Assembly (NCBI GenBank): GCA_013265495.1
Contig: MU058065.1
Location: 9,837,720-9,901,719, forward strand
Length of the DNA: 64,000 bases
Direction: 5' to 3'
Source: Vicugna vicugna
Taxonomy: Eukaryota
The notes under the pieces were generated by a model that was not told the origin of the DNA, searched no databases, and worked only from the letters and a program-made list of their open reading frames with translations. The translations under genes and the position numbers were made by a program. Positions 40,394 through 52,000 of the stretch are shown one piece after another. Each line of letters starts with the position of its first letter. Position 1 is the first letter of the stretch.

Positions 40394-41121
40394 CTGTGTT
40401 AAAAATTAACAATAAAGATTGATTAGCTGTTTCCTAGATATTGTCAAACATATTCTTCTAACAGTATCTTCATTACAATTAAGGAATCTTCACAACTATA
40501 CTTCAGAGCCATCTGTATTTAAAGCAGATTTACAATGTCAATTTCTGACTGAGAGTGAACGCTAGAATGATACAGGCTTTCTAAAGTTTAGGGCAAGGAG
40601 AAGGTTCACAATTATAACTGAGATAAGCTGGGTAAAAGAATAACAGGTCAAAAACCAAGAAAACGTTTTGTTTCTGAACAAGAAGCAAAATAGAACATTC
40701 TAGTACATCCTGCTTTTAAAAATGTACTTGAAGTATTTCTTTTGAACCAATGCATAAAAATAGTGTGATTGGCTTTTGATTTCAAGGTGGTCTAATAAAT
40801 CTTTAGATTGTTTGCTAAAAATGATTTTCCATTTTTTTCCCCCGTGCAAGGAGAATGTCTTCTATTTTCTGCATATTGGCTTCTGTGTTGAGGGCATTGT
40901 GACGATACAGCCACATTACACAGGAAAAAATATGGACAGCTGCCAATGGCCCTCAAACTCCAGTAATCACCACAATTGCTACAGTAAATTTTACTATCCA
41001 TTATAAATCAGAATTGTCTTTCCAAAATGAAATAGCTGCCTAATAAGGAGTTATCGCCACTTCTCATTTCTACACAAAGACTAAAGACATTTTTGGAAAT
41101 GAATTTTGGTGTGAACATTAC
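40394..41121 (-). other. TMEFF2: TMEFF2 intron (728 nt, GT-AG) between the two visible exons
   Basis: Canonical GT and AG ends on the minus strand; splicing keeps the reading frame. Confidence 0.93.
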
Positions 41122-41270
41122 CTTGACATCGACCCAACGACATGACTTCAATTTTCTCCTGTTTCTGACATGATGCTTCTTTGATTTGGCATGCATTATC
41201 ATAAGATTTCCCATCAGAAGCACAGAGGGGATTGAAGTTGGTTTGAGAACAGTCGATGTTGCACACACAC
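41122..41270 (-). CDS. TMEFF2: TMEFF2 internal coding exon (likely exon 6), second follistatin/Kazal-like domain; 149 nt, phase 2 to phase 1
   Basis: Minus strand translates (W)CVCNIDCSQTNFNPLCASDGKSYDNACQIKEASCQKQEKIEVMSLGRCQ, which I recognise as the TMEFF2 Kazal-2 region (C-A-S-D-G-x-x-Y-x-N-x-C motif). Acceptor ...tctcttcctttag at 41271-41272 and donor CAAG|gtaatg at 41120-41121. Confidence 0.97.
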
Positions 41271-41788
41271 CTAAAGGAAGAGAGAAATAAAAACATGTAA
41301 CCACATTATAAATAAAACACAAAGTGGAGGAATTGCTAGGTGGGCAAAATGCAAGTTGGTAAAATCGAACTGTCCTTCTGGGGAAGTTCCTTCACTCCTC
41401 CACCAGAGATGAAAAGAAACACAGAACTAATCGAAAATTATTCAAAAGACTGAGCAATAGATGAAAATTAGAAGGGAAAACTCAGAAAATAATCATCGGT
41501 TAATCTCTGCCACCGGAACTTTTAAAACATGTACATAAACTTCCATGCTGATGCCTGCAGAATTTGAATAGGCTGAAGTAGCCATGAAACTGCTTTACAA
41601 TTTCCTCAAATGAAATCTGACTGTGTTACTTCTTTTTCTCAGGATCTTCGAATGGCGAAAGCTCAAGGAAAATGATTCAGAGGACATTTAAAAGAAGGTA
41701 CACAAGGACATTATTTGAAATGCAATCAGGAGTTACAGTTCTTTAGCATACACGAGGATGCACCTAAGATGTGCTAAACAGCAGTTTT

Positions 41789-41965
41789 CAGTGGTCCTTA
41801 ACGTTTTGAGGATACCATCAAACCCTTTGAAAATCAAGGAAAAGGTATGGATCACTCCCTAGAAACTCCTTTACTCATATAAACAACCTTACATAATATT
41901 TTAGGGGTTTCATGGGCCCCTTGGAGTCTGTCCCATGGAGCCCTTTCCCATATACATAAGACTCT
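41789..41965. mobile_element. hAT-Charlie MITE (subfamily uncertain)
   Basis: cagtggtccttaac...ccctttgaaaatc...tatggatc...ttaggggtttcatgggcccc...ccatgga. Confidence 0.6.
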
Positions 41966-42519
41966 TTTTTCTAGTTTCAGTTTTAAATAATAAGTTGATT
42001 ATCACTCATGATTTTAATTGTTTTCTACTAGAGATTAAAAAATTTGGTGAATTGATAAAACATAGGTCACCTGAATTAAAAGAATTAGATATTTTAAAGC
42101 AAGCTTTTTATGATTTCTCTTATGTTCTTATAATTCTCTGTATTTTACAATCTACTTCGTCACTCAGAATTTTGTGTTTATGTGTGCAAATATGTTACTA
42201 CCTTCGAACATAAACTCCTATTTTAAATTTTTATTAATATTTATATTACTTTTCTAAATAGATGATATGCTTCTCGAGGTGGTGAGCCACACACTTTACT
42301 TCTGTGTGTCTTCCTTAGAGCTGGGTGTGGAATATAATGATAACAGTAGCAAGCAGCTTACTGCATGCTGGGCTCTTAACACACATTGCTTCCTTTAATC
42401 TTCACAACAGCCATTTTATAGACCAATGATATTACATAAGGTCAGAGAGCTAGTAATTGTGGAACAAGGACCCCCTACAGATGTGTTAAAATACAACTCT
42501 ACAACTCCTTTCTTCTCAC

Positions 42520-42790
42520 CACAGGCTGTGTATTGGAATTTCCAGGAAAATTTTTAAACATGGCCATTTATAAGCAGGTTTCTGGGCCTCCGTAAATCTG
42601 GGGGGAAAGCCTAGAATTCTGTATTCTGAAGCAGTCAGCCTGGCACCAGACTCATTTCCTGGGAATCACTGCTTGATCAGTTTGTTGATTGAGTGAGAGA
42701 AAGTTTGTCTACACACCAGTGCTTCTCACAGTATAGGCTTTAGACCATCTGTATCAGAATTACCTAGATCTCTGTTAAATATGCTGGCAA
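42520..42790. mobile_element. MER5-like MITE fragments
   Basis: gcaggtttctgggcctcc...ctagaattctgtattct...gggaatcactg and cagtgcttctcacagt...tgtatcagaattacct. Confidence 0.55.
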
Positions 42791-44604
42791 AAAAAAAAAA
42801 TGTGCTAGTTTGCTTAATTTTTGGGGGGGAGCAGGGTAAGAGAATTGCTTTAGTTACACTTGGTTATTTTTAATATTTCCCTTATTTAGGAACAGATAGG
42901 ACAGATGGTAACCATTTCTGTATGCTGAAGTCATTGAGAGTGGTGTTCCTACCTCAGCTGTGATGTTCTATATGATGACAGCTACTGGGATCACGACACT
43001 GCTTCCTCAGCTCATTTTTGGCATCTGAAAATTCTGAGATCAGGAGCTCCTACATGCTCAAAGAACTTTTGGTCCTTTTCGTAAGGGATTTGGAGAAGTG
43101 ACTGTAGATCAGGCTTGTTCTCCTTAACCGTTCGTAGTAAATAAAGAGAGGGTGTTGACTTTTTGTATTTTTAAAAAGATAGCTTCATTGACCTGGAAGC
43201 CAGTTTAGGTTTTGACTATTGATGTGCTAGACTCTAGGGACCACCTCCTTGAAAGACAGTGAAGTAATTATCTGTTAAGCAGCAACAAAGCAGAGAGAAA
43301 ATTGTGTGAGAATCTCTGTCTATCTAAAGAGTAAATAATGTGAGATATCAAGGGCTTTGCAGGTTTCTCCAAATTGAATCCAGAGAAATTCAGGGATGTA
43401 CACTATATATAATCTTGACCAAAAAATAACTGGCAGTTCAGAAATCCGTTTGGTGTCATAACAAAATGGTGAAATGAGAATAGTGATGGAAAAAGAAAAT
43501 TTGAACTGAATTGGCCAGATTCAACGTTTCAGTGGAAAATTCACTTAATTAAGCCATAGCACCAAATTAAACAATTGTTCAGGATATCTTACAAGATCCT
43601 CCTTTTCCAATTTTCTAAATTTTTTTTTTTCAATTTGACCTATCTGATTTTAGACCCACAGACTTTTTGCTGCTAACACCTTCTTCCCTTTTCTTTCCTA
43701 GCATCACTCGTTCAGGGAATCTCCTTTCAAGGTTTGTTTCCCCTTTGGGAATTCTTCATTCTTGCTGCCTCTAACAAAGCCTTTCAGGAAATGGCAAAGA
43801 AAAAAGTGCAGACATTTGGCATTTCCATTCTCATCTCAAAAGGAGGACCTAGATTCTTTCAGGTGAAAGTAAGATGTAGTTTTGCTGGGATATAAGCTTC
43901 ATGAAAGCAGGATTATACTTATCTCTTTCTCTACCGTATAGGGTCATTATACTTCCCTCCTTCCTCCCCCCTCTTAGGGCCTTGCATATATTAAAAAAAC
44001 ACATAAGTATCATAAAAATTTTTGCTCAAGAATTTTAGCAACCATTGGAAATTGGAAGTCTATGGTGAATATTTTTCTTTCTTTGATTGTGGAAGAAGCT
44101 TCAATGATTTGCTGAAAAGGCTTAAAAACTATGTAGCTCAGGGAAAGAGAAATGCTGTGACTGGCCTACCAAGATTTACCATCTCTGTGTTTATGGAAGA
44201 CCAATGGACTTTGATTATATGATCACTTTACTATATATATATTTTTTGTACCTAAGTTTATTAGGCTTAATTAGAAAGCCATGCAAGATTCCAGAATCAT
44301 GGTCTCAAACTCTAAGTCTATCTTGACTTTTATCAGCAGTGGCTAAATCATCTTTGTGTTCCTTGCCCCGTACAATACCTTGCACACACTAAACTTGCAG
44401 TAACTGTGGGTTTAACACATACACAAGTGAAATGAATGAGTACAAAACATGATTTTATATTTCTAAAGAAAGGATAAAATTAATACAAATTCCTATCACT
44501 CTGCTAACATAAAAACAGATACAAGGTAGCTAAATAATTTTATTGGCAAAGATTAAATGTCCTTTCTGAGGTCAAATGAATATTCAGTTGAAGCTGAGGA
44601 TAAT

Positions 44605-44825
44605 GGTAATAATAATAATTTATTTAATGACAGTGCCTGTCCTAGTGCTACATACTTGATATGCTGTTAGCCCTTTCATCCTTCCATCTCTGTGAGGTTG
44701 TTCCTATTACTCTCTCCAACTTGCAGAGAAGAAGATGTAGGCTCGGAGAAGGACACATCTTGTATGGGGAAGAACCTAACCTGAAATGTAGGGAGTCTGA
44801 TGCTAGAACCTGCACTGTTCTATGT
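44605..44825 (-). mobile_element. MIR SINE
   Basis: ctgtgaggttgttcctattactctctccaacttgcagagaagaagatgtaggctcggaga...gtctgatgctagaacctgcact. Confidence 0.7.
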
Positions 44826-45454
44826 ATTGGTCAGTACATTGAAAAACAAGATAGACCAAAATTCCTACTATTAACTAATTAAAGGAATACTTTGGATGAA
44901 CAGGGCTTGAAAAAACAAGACTATGTCTACTTTAGGACGACTTACCATGATTTTATGAATTTACATCACATTGACTCAGTCTCTGTCTTCCCAAACAAAC
45001 GATCCAGGCTTTTTAGTATCACAGTATCATAGGAATGTATCAGAGAATGTTAGGTTTAAGGTATTAAAATGCGTAACTGATACGTATTAATCTGACTATT
45101 TAAGGCATCAATTGTTCAGAATATTTTATCCTTAACAAAATTCTATATAAAGTTGGCTCCACATAAAAACACATTTAGACAGACACATACTTACACATAA
45201 ATACACTCCAGCTGACTCTACTGAAATTACAAAATTACAGTGTTTTAGCACTAAATCTTTTCTAAGTCTCTGCTTCAAAACTTCTAAAGAATCTGGAATT
45301 TTTGGAAGTTCGCATTTATGGAGCAGCAGGGTTTTGTGTGTTTATACGAGTGAATGAATTTGTATATGTGTGTGTGGAAATCGGGCTCACTGGTGGCATC
45401 TACTACATTGTTAATGTGCCTATTATCCAGTTCATATCTTCACTTTTCTGCAGC

Positions 45455-45552
45455 CTTCTCAAGGGCAATGCGTCTTTTTTTACCTTTGACTTCCTGGTAC
45501 TTAGTACAGTGCATCATAGCAAGACTTCAATAAATGTTTGCTAAATGAATTA
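45455..45552 (+). mobile_element. L2 3' end fragment
   Basis: cttagtacagtgc...tcaataaatgtttgctaaatgaat. Confidence 0.7.
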
Positions 45553-47799
45553 CTGAGATAGTGGTGAGATGGATTTGAAAAAAAATTAAAGAAAACAGTC
45601 ATTGTCTAGACATTAACACGCGGGAGAGAGACCCAGTGATGTGTTCAGATACACTCTCACCTAACTTTGTGCTACTTGGCACGTGGAATCTGTAAGGAAG
45701 GAGAAGGACCTTGAACGACTAAGGTTCACCTTCCTCCTTTTATTTGTGTCTACCCAGACAAAGGAAACGGAGGCTCACTAGCCCTTAGTGGCTTTAATGA
45801 CGTGGAATTCCAATTACAAAAAAAGAGATGTTTTCCCCAGCCAGGTTACTACTTATATTCTATGGTATTTGGGTGCAATTTTTAAGAACCAATACAATTT
45901 GAACATGGTAGTGACTTGTCAGTTTAGTGCTGTTTCAAAGCATTGAAAAATATAAGGCTCTGATAAAAAGGTGACAGAATTATCATATGGTGTAACAGAG
46001 AAATTGCAGGTCACTCTGCTTTTGCAGCTTATGTAAATTAATCCAGGGATTTTCTTTCTATGGAAATGAAAGATGAACATTTTTAAAAACAGAAACTATC
46101 CCTTCTTCACTGCATTTGGCAAATAATTGCATTATTATTCATTCTGAGAGGAGTAACTAGTTAATTACAGCGTGTCACAAGTATTTTATGTGAGCCAAGG
46201 ATTTGTAAGGCTGAGGACTGCATGGATGCCTTTCAGGTTTTTTGTGTTTTCTTTTCTTTTCTTCTTTTTTTTCCAACCTATCTCAGTCTTTTGACACTTT
46301 GACACTGCGATTACATAGATCTCTTTTCTTCTAGGCTACAAAGAAAAAGAATCAGCCTTCCTTGAAAATAATAATTTCAGGGGTCTCTATGTGGAAATAC
46401 TCCCTTCTGAAAATCCTTCAAAGAAAATTAACATTGACTGAAAACCTTAGCTCTCTGAATTAAAGAAAGAAGAGAAACATCCAGTCATTTTAAAAGACCA
46501 CTTGATGGAGTGAAGAATCTAAATTATAGAAAGTGAAAGGTGGTGTCTAAGACAACTCACATACATTTATAATTATCTCATGAATTTTTTTGGGGGGGTT
46601 GACTTTAATTGAGTTCCCTGCCTCTCTTGAAATGCCTCTTGCAAGGATGTTTTGAAATGAGTTAAATAAGCCTTTGCCAGGAATTTAAGAATGCCTCATC
46701 ATCCACCAGAGTGTGAGGATGCAAACACTGCCAGGGAGCAGATTACTTATTCATGTGTCTGGTTTGTGGCTGCCCTCTAATTTCCCTAGATTTTGTTTCC
46801 TCTATTAAACATGCCCCTCACTCATTCCTCTCCCACGTTCCCTGATTTGGTGTCCATTCAGAATTCTGACTATACCACATTCCTGAGCAGGTTTGAAGCA
46901 CTCAGTTGCACGGCAGGGAGGGTGGTTGTCGGGGTTGTTTTGGACCTTGACTGGGTTTTCTCCCTTGAGCTCGTGTGTCTCTAGGGTTGTGATTGCAGAC
47001 CCCTTCTGGCCGGGCCAGGAAAAGAGGTGAGAGCCACTGTCAGTGTCTCCGTCATGCCTGGAATGGATGAGCTGCCTTACGCTAGTGACAGTGAAAACCG
47101 TGTGTACCTTTCATTCAAGACTCTTGTGATACTGTAAACACATTTATTCATTAATATTCATGTCACTTCTTTGGATGGAACTTGATTCTAAGTATTTTAC
47201 ATATAAATAAACTACAGTTCAGGAGCAACTGCATTTGAGGAAAAAATGAAGTAAGAGATGTGAAAATGTATTGAAAAATTAAACTCTCTATACAAAGGAT
47301 GGAAAAGTATTGACTGAAAGGTAAGACTAGGAAGTCTGCCCTGTTGTTACTCAGGTGACATACGTGAACTTGGGTCAATATATGTATATTTTTTCAATTT
47401 GAAAAGGACAACCCTTTTTGTTTTGAAACCGAGAAGGAAGGAGCAATGCCTTTCTCCAGACATGCTACCCAGGACTGCGGTGATGTTATCCAAGGGGGAC
47501 CAGGCTTCTCCTGTACGTGGAAAAAGTTCAGTTGCCATTAATATCTATCTCTTTGTAAGGAGTAAAGCATAGAAGTTGGCCTATTAGATGGAAAGTTCTT
47601 GGGAACATTGGGAAAAAGTCTAGGACAACAGATGGCCAGTCAATGGGTATCTGAACAAAGGGAAACTTAGCTGAGAAACCCTTCCCCCGGTGATGTCATA
47701 ACTTTCAAAAACAGAATCACATATTTAACAGGAGGAACAATTTCTGGGAAGTAGGCTGATAGCTATGTACTAACATACTGTCTAAAATAATAAAGGTAG

Positions 47800-48020
47800 A
47801 TGGCACTGAGACTAGAGCTTGAAATTTTGTATCAGACCTGTGTTTGAGGCTCGATCACTTACTAGTTGTATTGGCATTGGGCTAGTTTTTTAATTTCCCC
47901 AAACCTATGAAAATGAAGATGGTCACTCAGGATTGTAGGAATTAAGTGGAATAATGTACATAAACTGCTTAACAATGTTTCTAGAAGTTGTAATCACCCA
48001 GTAAATATTGGTCATCGTTA
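47800..48020 (+). mobile_element. MIR SINE
   Basis: tcagacctgtgtttgagg...cacttactagttgt...aggaattaagtggaataatgtacataaactgcttaacaatg. Confidence 0.7.
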
Positions 48021-48569
48021 ACTTTTGGTTTAGTGGTTTTAAATCTTAAATTGTCCTCACCCACTAAGACTAAGAGATTTCCCAAATCCAGTGTGTGTAA
48101 GATTCACCTTGAGAAATTCTGATGCAATACACCTGGTATAGGACTCAGAAATCAGCATTTTAAGCAAGTCCCTTAGCTCTTTCTAGGGCAGAGAGTTGGC
48201 ACAGCCTACTGAGAAATCTCAGTCACATCCTTTTTCTCTCTCTTTCATTCCAATAAGGAGTTTAATATTTTTGTTTAATGTACATGCTTCAGTGATATGC
48301 ATTCCTCCGCATGCTGCAGGTGATACACGTGTGGTGCCAGGTGACAGACACAGGTGATTAAGTGCAAGGATCCAAAAACATCACTGGTGGAGTAGTCAGC
48401 AGAACTGAGTCACCAAGTAAAGCCAAGATGGAGTGGTCAGAAAGAGGATGCAACTCTGGAGGAGACCCTGCGCCAGGCACTTAGCTCTAACATCCACGTG
48501 ACTCCCAGGTTTAATGCTCACAACATAGGGAGGAAAACATGGAAACTGAACTATCCTAAAAGGATGGGT

Positions 48570-48960
48570 AGGAGGGAACTGAATGACATGGGGAAATGTG
48601 CGGAGGCAGACCGTGCACGGGACTCTAGGTGGATCAGGGATAAATCAGTGCGATTGAAATGAACTCTCGCCAGTAAGAGTGACAGAGTACAACACTGTGG
48701 ACGGACTGTAAAGGGCCTCAATTCCAGTCCAGAGAGTGGTCTTTATCTTCTAGGCAGTGGGGAGTCCTGAAAGCTTTCAGAGCCCAGGGCGATGAGAAGG
48801 TCAGCATGATGAAAGGGGAGCTTTAGGAATGTTAGCTTGCAGTGGAGTGCGGGTAGAGGGACCAGTCACCGGGCTGTCGCCGTCCGCCGCAGGGACTAGC
48901 GAGGGAAGCTCGGAGCGAGGCGTGCTCTCTAAGAAGGAAAGGAGGAATCAGTAGGGCTTA
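48570..48960 (-). mobile_element. L2 LINE fragment, unusually CpG-rich at its right end
   Basis: gactgtaaagggcct...ctttatcttctaggcagtggggagtcctgaaagcttt...gagctttaggaa are typical reversed L2 motifs. Confidence 0.6.
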
Positions 48961-49440
48961 GCGGCTTGACAGTTACGGCACATTGCAGCAAAGTGCTAGG
49001 GCACAAATGTCACCCCCCATGCTTTTCCTGCACTACCCTTTCCTGCTTTATTTCCTGACCTGAGTTCTGTTCCAAATCGGAAACTTGGGAGAAGACCAGC
49101 CAGGCTCAGGGAGGCAGCTGCGTGTGGGACTCGGGAAGGCATTCTTTCCTCTCCTGGGAGGGAGAATTTCCTTTCCTCTGCTACTGAGACGGCGGCAAAT
49201 GGGGCTCTAGCATGATGGCGATATCCGCGGTTTGGAGAATTGCTCCTTGTGCTAGCGTCTACCCCGTCTGATTCCAGGACAGACTGAAGACGGCTGCGGC
49301 AGCGGACGCGTTATTAGTGCCGCCGTCGCCCAGAGCGAACGAGGCTGCGCGTGCTCCCTCGCCCCTCTTCAGTACACACGGTATAGTTGAAGCAGGATTT
49401 AATTCGTGATCGGTTTCATGGATCACAGTCGCATTTGTCT
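48840..49440. promoter_or_regulatory. Intronic CpG-island-like segment
   Basis: About 39 CpG in 600 bp by manual count, in an otherwise CpG-depleted AT-rich intron. Confidence 0.6.
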
Positions 49441-50270
49441 CAGGATTTTTCCTTTTTGGAGCAGCTGCATTTACATTTTAAAATACTCAGAGTAAACAAT
49501 TCTTCTTACTCATATACATTTTTAAAAGTATCTTGAAGCAAGAATCCCTCATTAGCATCATGTGTATACTCTTGCTCATTAAGCTGGAAAACATATTCAA
49601 TAACCAAGGGTGATTCTGTGATTACTGAGAAGCGTGGTTGCTCTGACTAGACGGGCCTTAGCACACAACAAAGTCAGAAAGCATGAAAACCCCAGAATAA
49701 AACGTTTGAAGGAAAAACAATACAATGAAAAAATTGCATTTCAATAACGTGATAGACTAAATTCCCACTCACTTCTTTCTGTCACGATCATGTTGAGTGT
49801 TTTAGCAACTTCCTTTAGGACCAGCTGCAGGATTCCCACACCCACTTCAGCCGGCGCAGGGTCTTCATGTTTATATTTTACAAACTGGCCCTCTGGTGGC
49901 CTTCATTTGGTGAAGGACTTTCAGGAGCAAATATGCATGAACATCATTAGTCTAGATTTTCTACAAAGCTGCAATTTGACACGACGCCCTTGGATTTTAT
50001 CCATGAGATGTGGGAAACAGTACACGAGAGATAGCTCTGCATTGTGGTAAAGCTGCTAGCTTAAAAATACTGTCTGTTCCATTGTTCAGGTGGCTTTCAT
50101 TTGTTTAATTTTTATTTATTTTTCTATAAGGACACTCATGACAATTCGAAGAAAAAAGGTAATCTCAATTGATGATCTGGTGTACCTCCTTTTATTAGGT
50201 AATGTCAGCTTAAGACCTAATATGTTTCCCTTTACTCCTTGGCTGTCAGGGAGCTCAGAGCAGTAAGTGA

Positions 50271-50273
<3 letters not shown>

Positions 50274-50357
<84 letters not shown>
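50274..50357. repeat. (TG)n microsatellite, about 42 units with one AG interruption
   Basis: Directly visible. Confidence 0.98.
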
Positions 50358-50359
<2 letters not shown>

Positions 50360-50789
50360 GGATGGGTGATAAATGGGAACAATAAAATATCTATCCAACA
50401 AGTTTCAATATCAATTTTATTTCTCTTATGATATAGAGCTAGGAAAACAAGTGATATTTGTATACTTGTGGTGTTTCCTTATGAAATTAATTCTCAGTGT
50501 TTTTGTAACATGTTTTTTTCCAGATTGATGTCCCCAAAAGTTTATGCTGTTATAATTGAGTGTAAAAATAAAGTGTTGATTAAATTGTGCTGGCATGAAC
50601 TAACTACATTCATAATTAAAATTTGTATCAAATGCTTTCCTTTTATGATTACATCATCTGTTATCTTTCACTTACTAATTTTAGGGTCAATTTAATTTAA
50701 ATTTGCTTTTAAAATAGTATTTAATACATATTACAAACATGCTATCATAAATTCCATTATTTGAATAATGAAAAATATAATTAAAATAT

Positions 50790-50990
50790 TCATAAGGATG
50801 CTACACACTAGCCCTGGAAAGAGAAGGTGGGAAATACGATTAAGGAAGGAGGATGCCTTTAACTTTATCTTTAATGTTATGTTTCTTAAGAAAAGGTCAA
50901 AAGCAAATATGGTAAAATGTTTGTTAAAACTAGGTGGTGGATGCACATGTGTTATATTTTTGAGTGTTTCAAAATATAATGAAAAAATAT
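50790..50990 (+). mobile_element. L1ME-like 3' fragment
   Basis: tttaactttatctttaatgtt...aagcaaatatggtaaaatgtt...ggtggtggatgcacatgtgtt. Confidence 0.65.
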
Positions 50991-51659
50991 TAGATTTGAC
51001 ATTTTGCTTAAATGTCAAGCTTGGTAAATATTGTTTTTCCATTGATTTAGACCTCGATGATTTATTTCTAAATTATTCAAACCACATTTGAAAAAATTAA
51101 TATGTGCATGGAGAAATTCCAGTGGAATAAAATGTTTCTTTGTAAATAACTGATTAAGACTGAGTTTCTGTCTGTGTAAAAATGATTTTGAAGCAGTTTG
51201 TCATATGACGGGAACCGTCTCCATCCTCCTCTCCCTCTCTTGTCATCTTACTCGTTCACCCACTGAAATGTTAAACTCGCAAACACATGGTGGCATTTTA
51301 GTTTACAGGCCAAGCCAGCGTTCCTCATTGACTTCCTGCAGGGCTGCCGGTGAGTTTGGATGCTCTGAAACAGGGTTGTACGGCAGTGCTGGCAGCCAGA
51401 AATAGTCGTGAGCTATTCTGAAACCCTTGGGATGAAGGACTTGAAGTAGAAATGTCTGAACATTTTGCTTTGAAATAAGAATACTTCAGAGTTCCTCAAA
51501 CACATTAAGCTTTAAAAGGTACGAAAGTACAGGATGTGTGAAGACCTCCCTGCTGCGAACCCCTGGTGAGGTCCTCTCGCTCAAGGTGTTTGAAGGGCTG
51601 CAACCCTTACTGCCACCCTTCTTGTTTTGTTTGTTTGTTTTCCATTCCTAGGCACACGC

Positions 51660-52000
51660 GTTTTCATTTATCACGGATCTCACTGAATTCAGTCTAACCT
51701 TTTAAGTGTAGTTGGGCACCTGCTTGGGGCCAGATGCCGGGCTACGTATCAGAGACACCAAGATGGCCTGTGTGATCTGGGCTGGCAACAGAGAGCACAA
51801 TGAAATAAGAAAAAAAAAAAATCCCCCAAACAGATCTTCAGAGCTGGGCTTTGTTGGCATGAATAATATGTTTTGAGAGCGCTGAGGAGAAACAATGACT
51901 TCTACCTGGAGGGCCTAGAAAGATTTCACAGAGAATGTGATGCTTGAACTCAAGAATGTGATGCTTGAACTCAAACTTTAAGGAGTAGAATTTTAACAGA
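51660..52000 (-). mobile_element. L2 fragment containing a perfect 21-bp tandem duplication
   Basis: ttgggcacctgcttggggccagatgc...gaaagatttcacagagaatgtgatgcttgaact. Confidence 0.65.

Noticed and set aside
41081..41121. Read-through of the Kazal exon into the intron (GNVHTKIHFQKCL*) as a truncated isoform
   Set aside because: The donor is good (AAG|gtaatg), the intron is short, and I saw no minus-strand AATAAA/ATTAAA in it. The extension is an ORF-calling artefact.
41008..41322. 104-aa ORF overlapping the exon in another frame
   Set aside because: Shadow frame of the real exon with no recognisable domain.
50116..50382. His-Thr-repeat ORF
   Set aside because: Translation of the (CA)n microsatellite.
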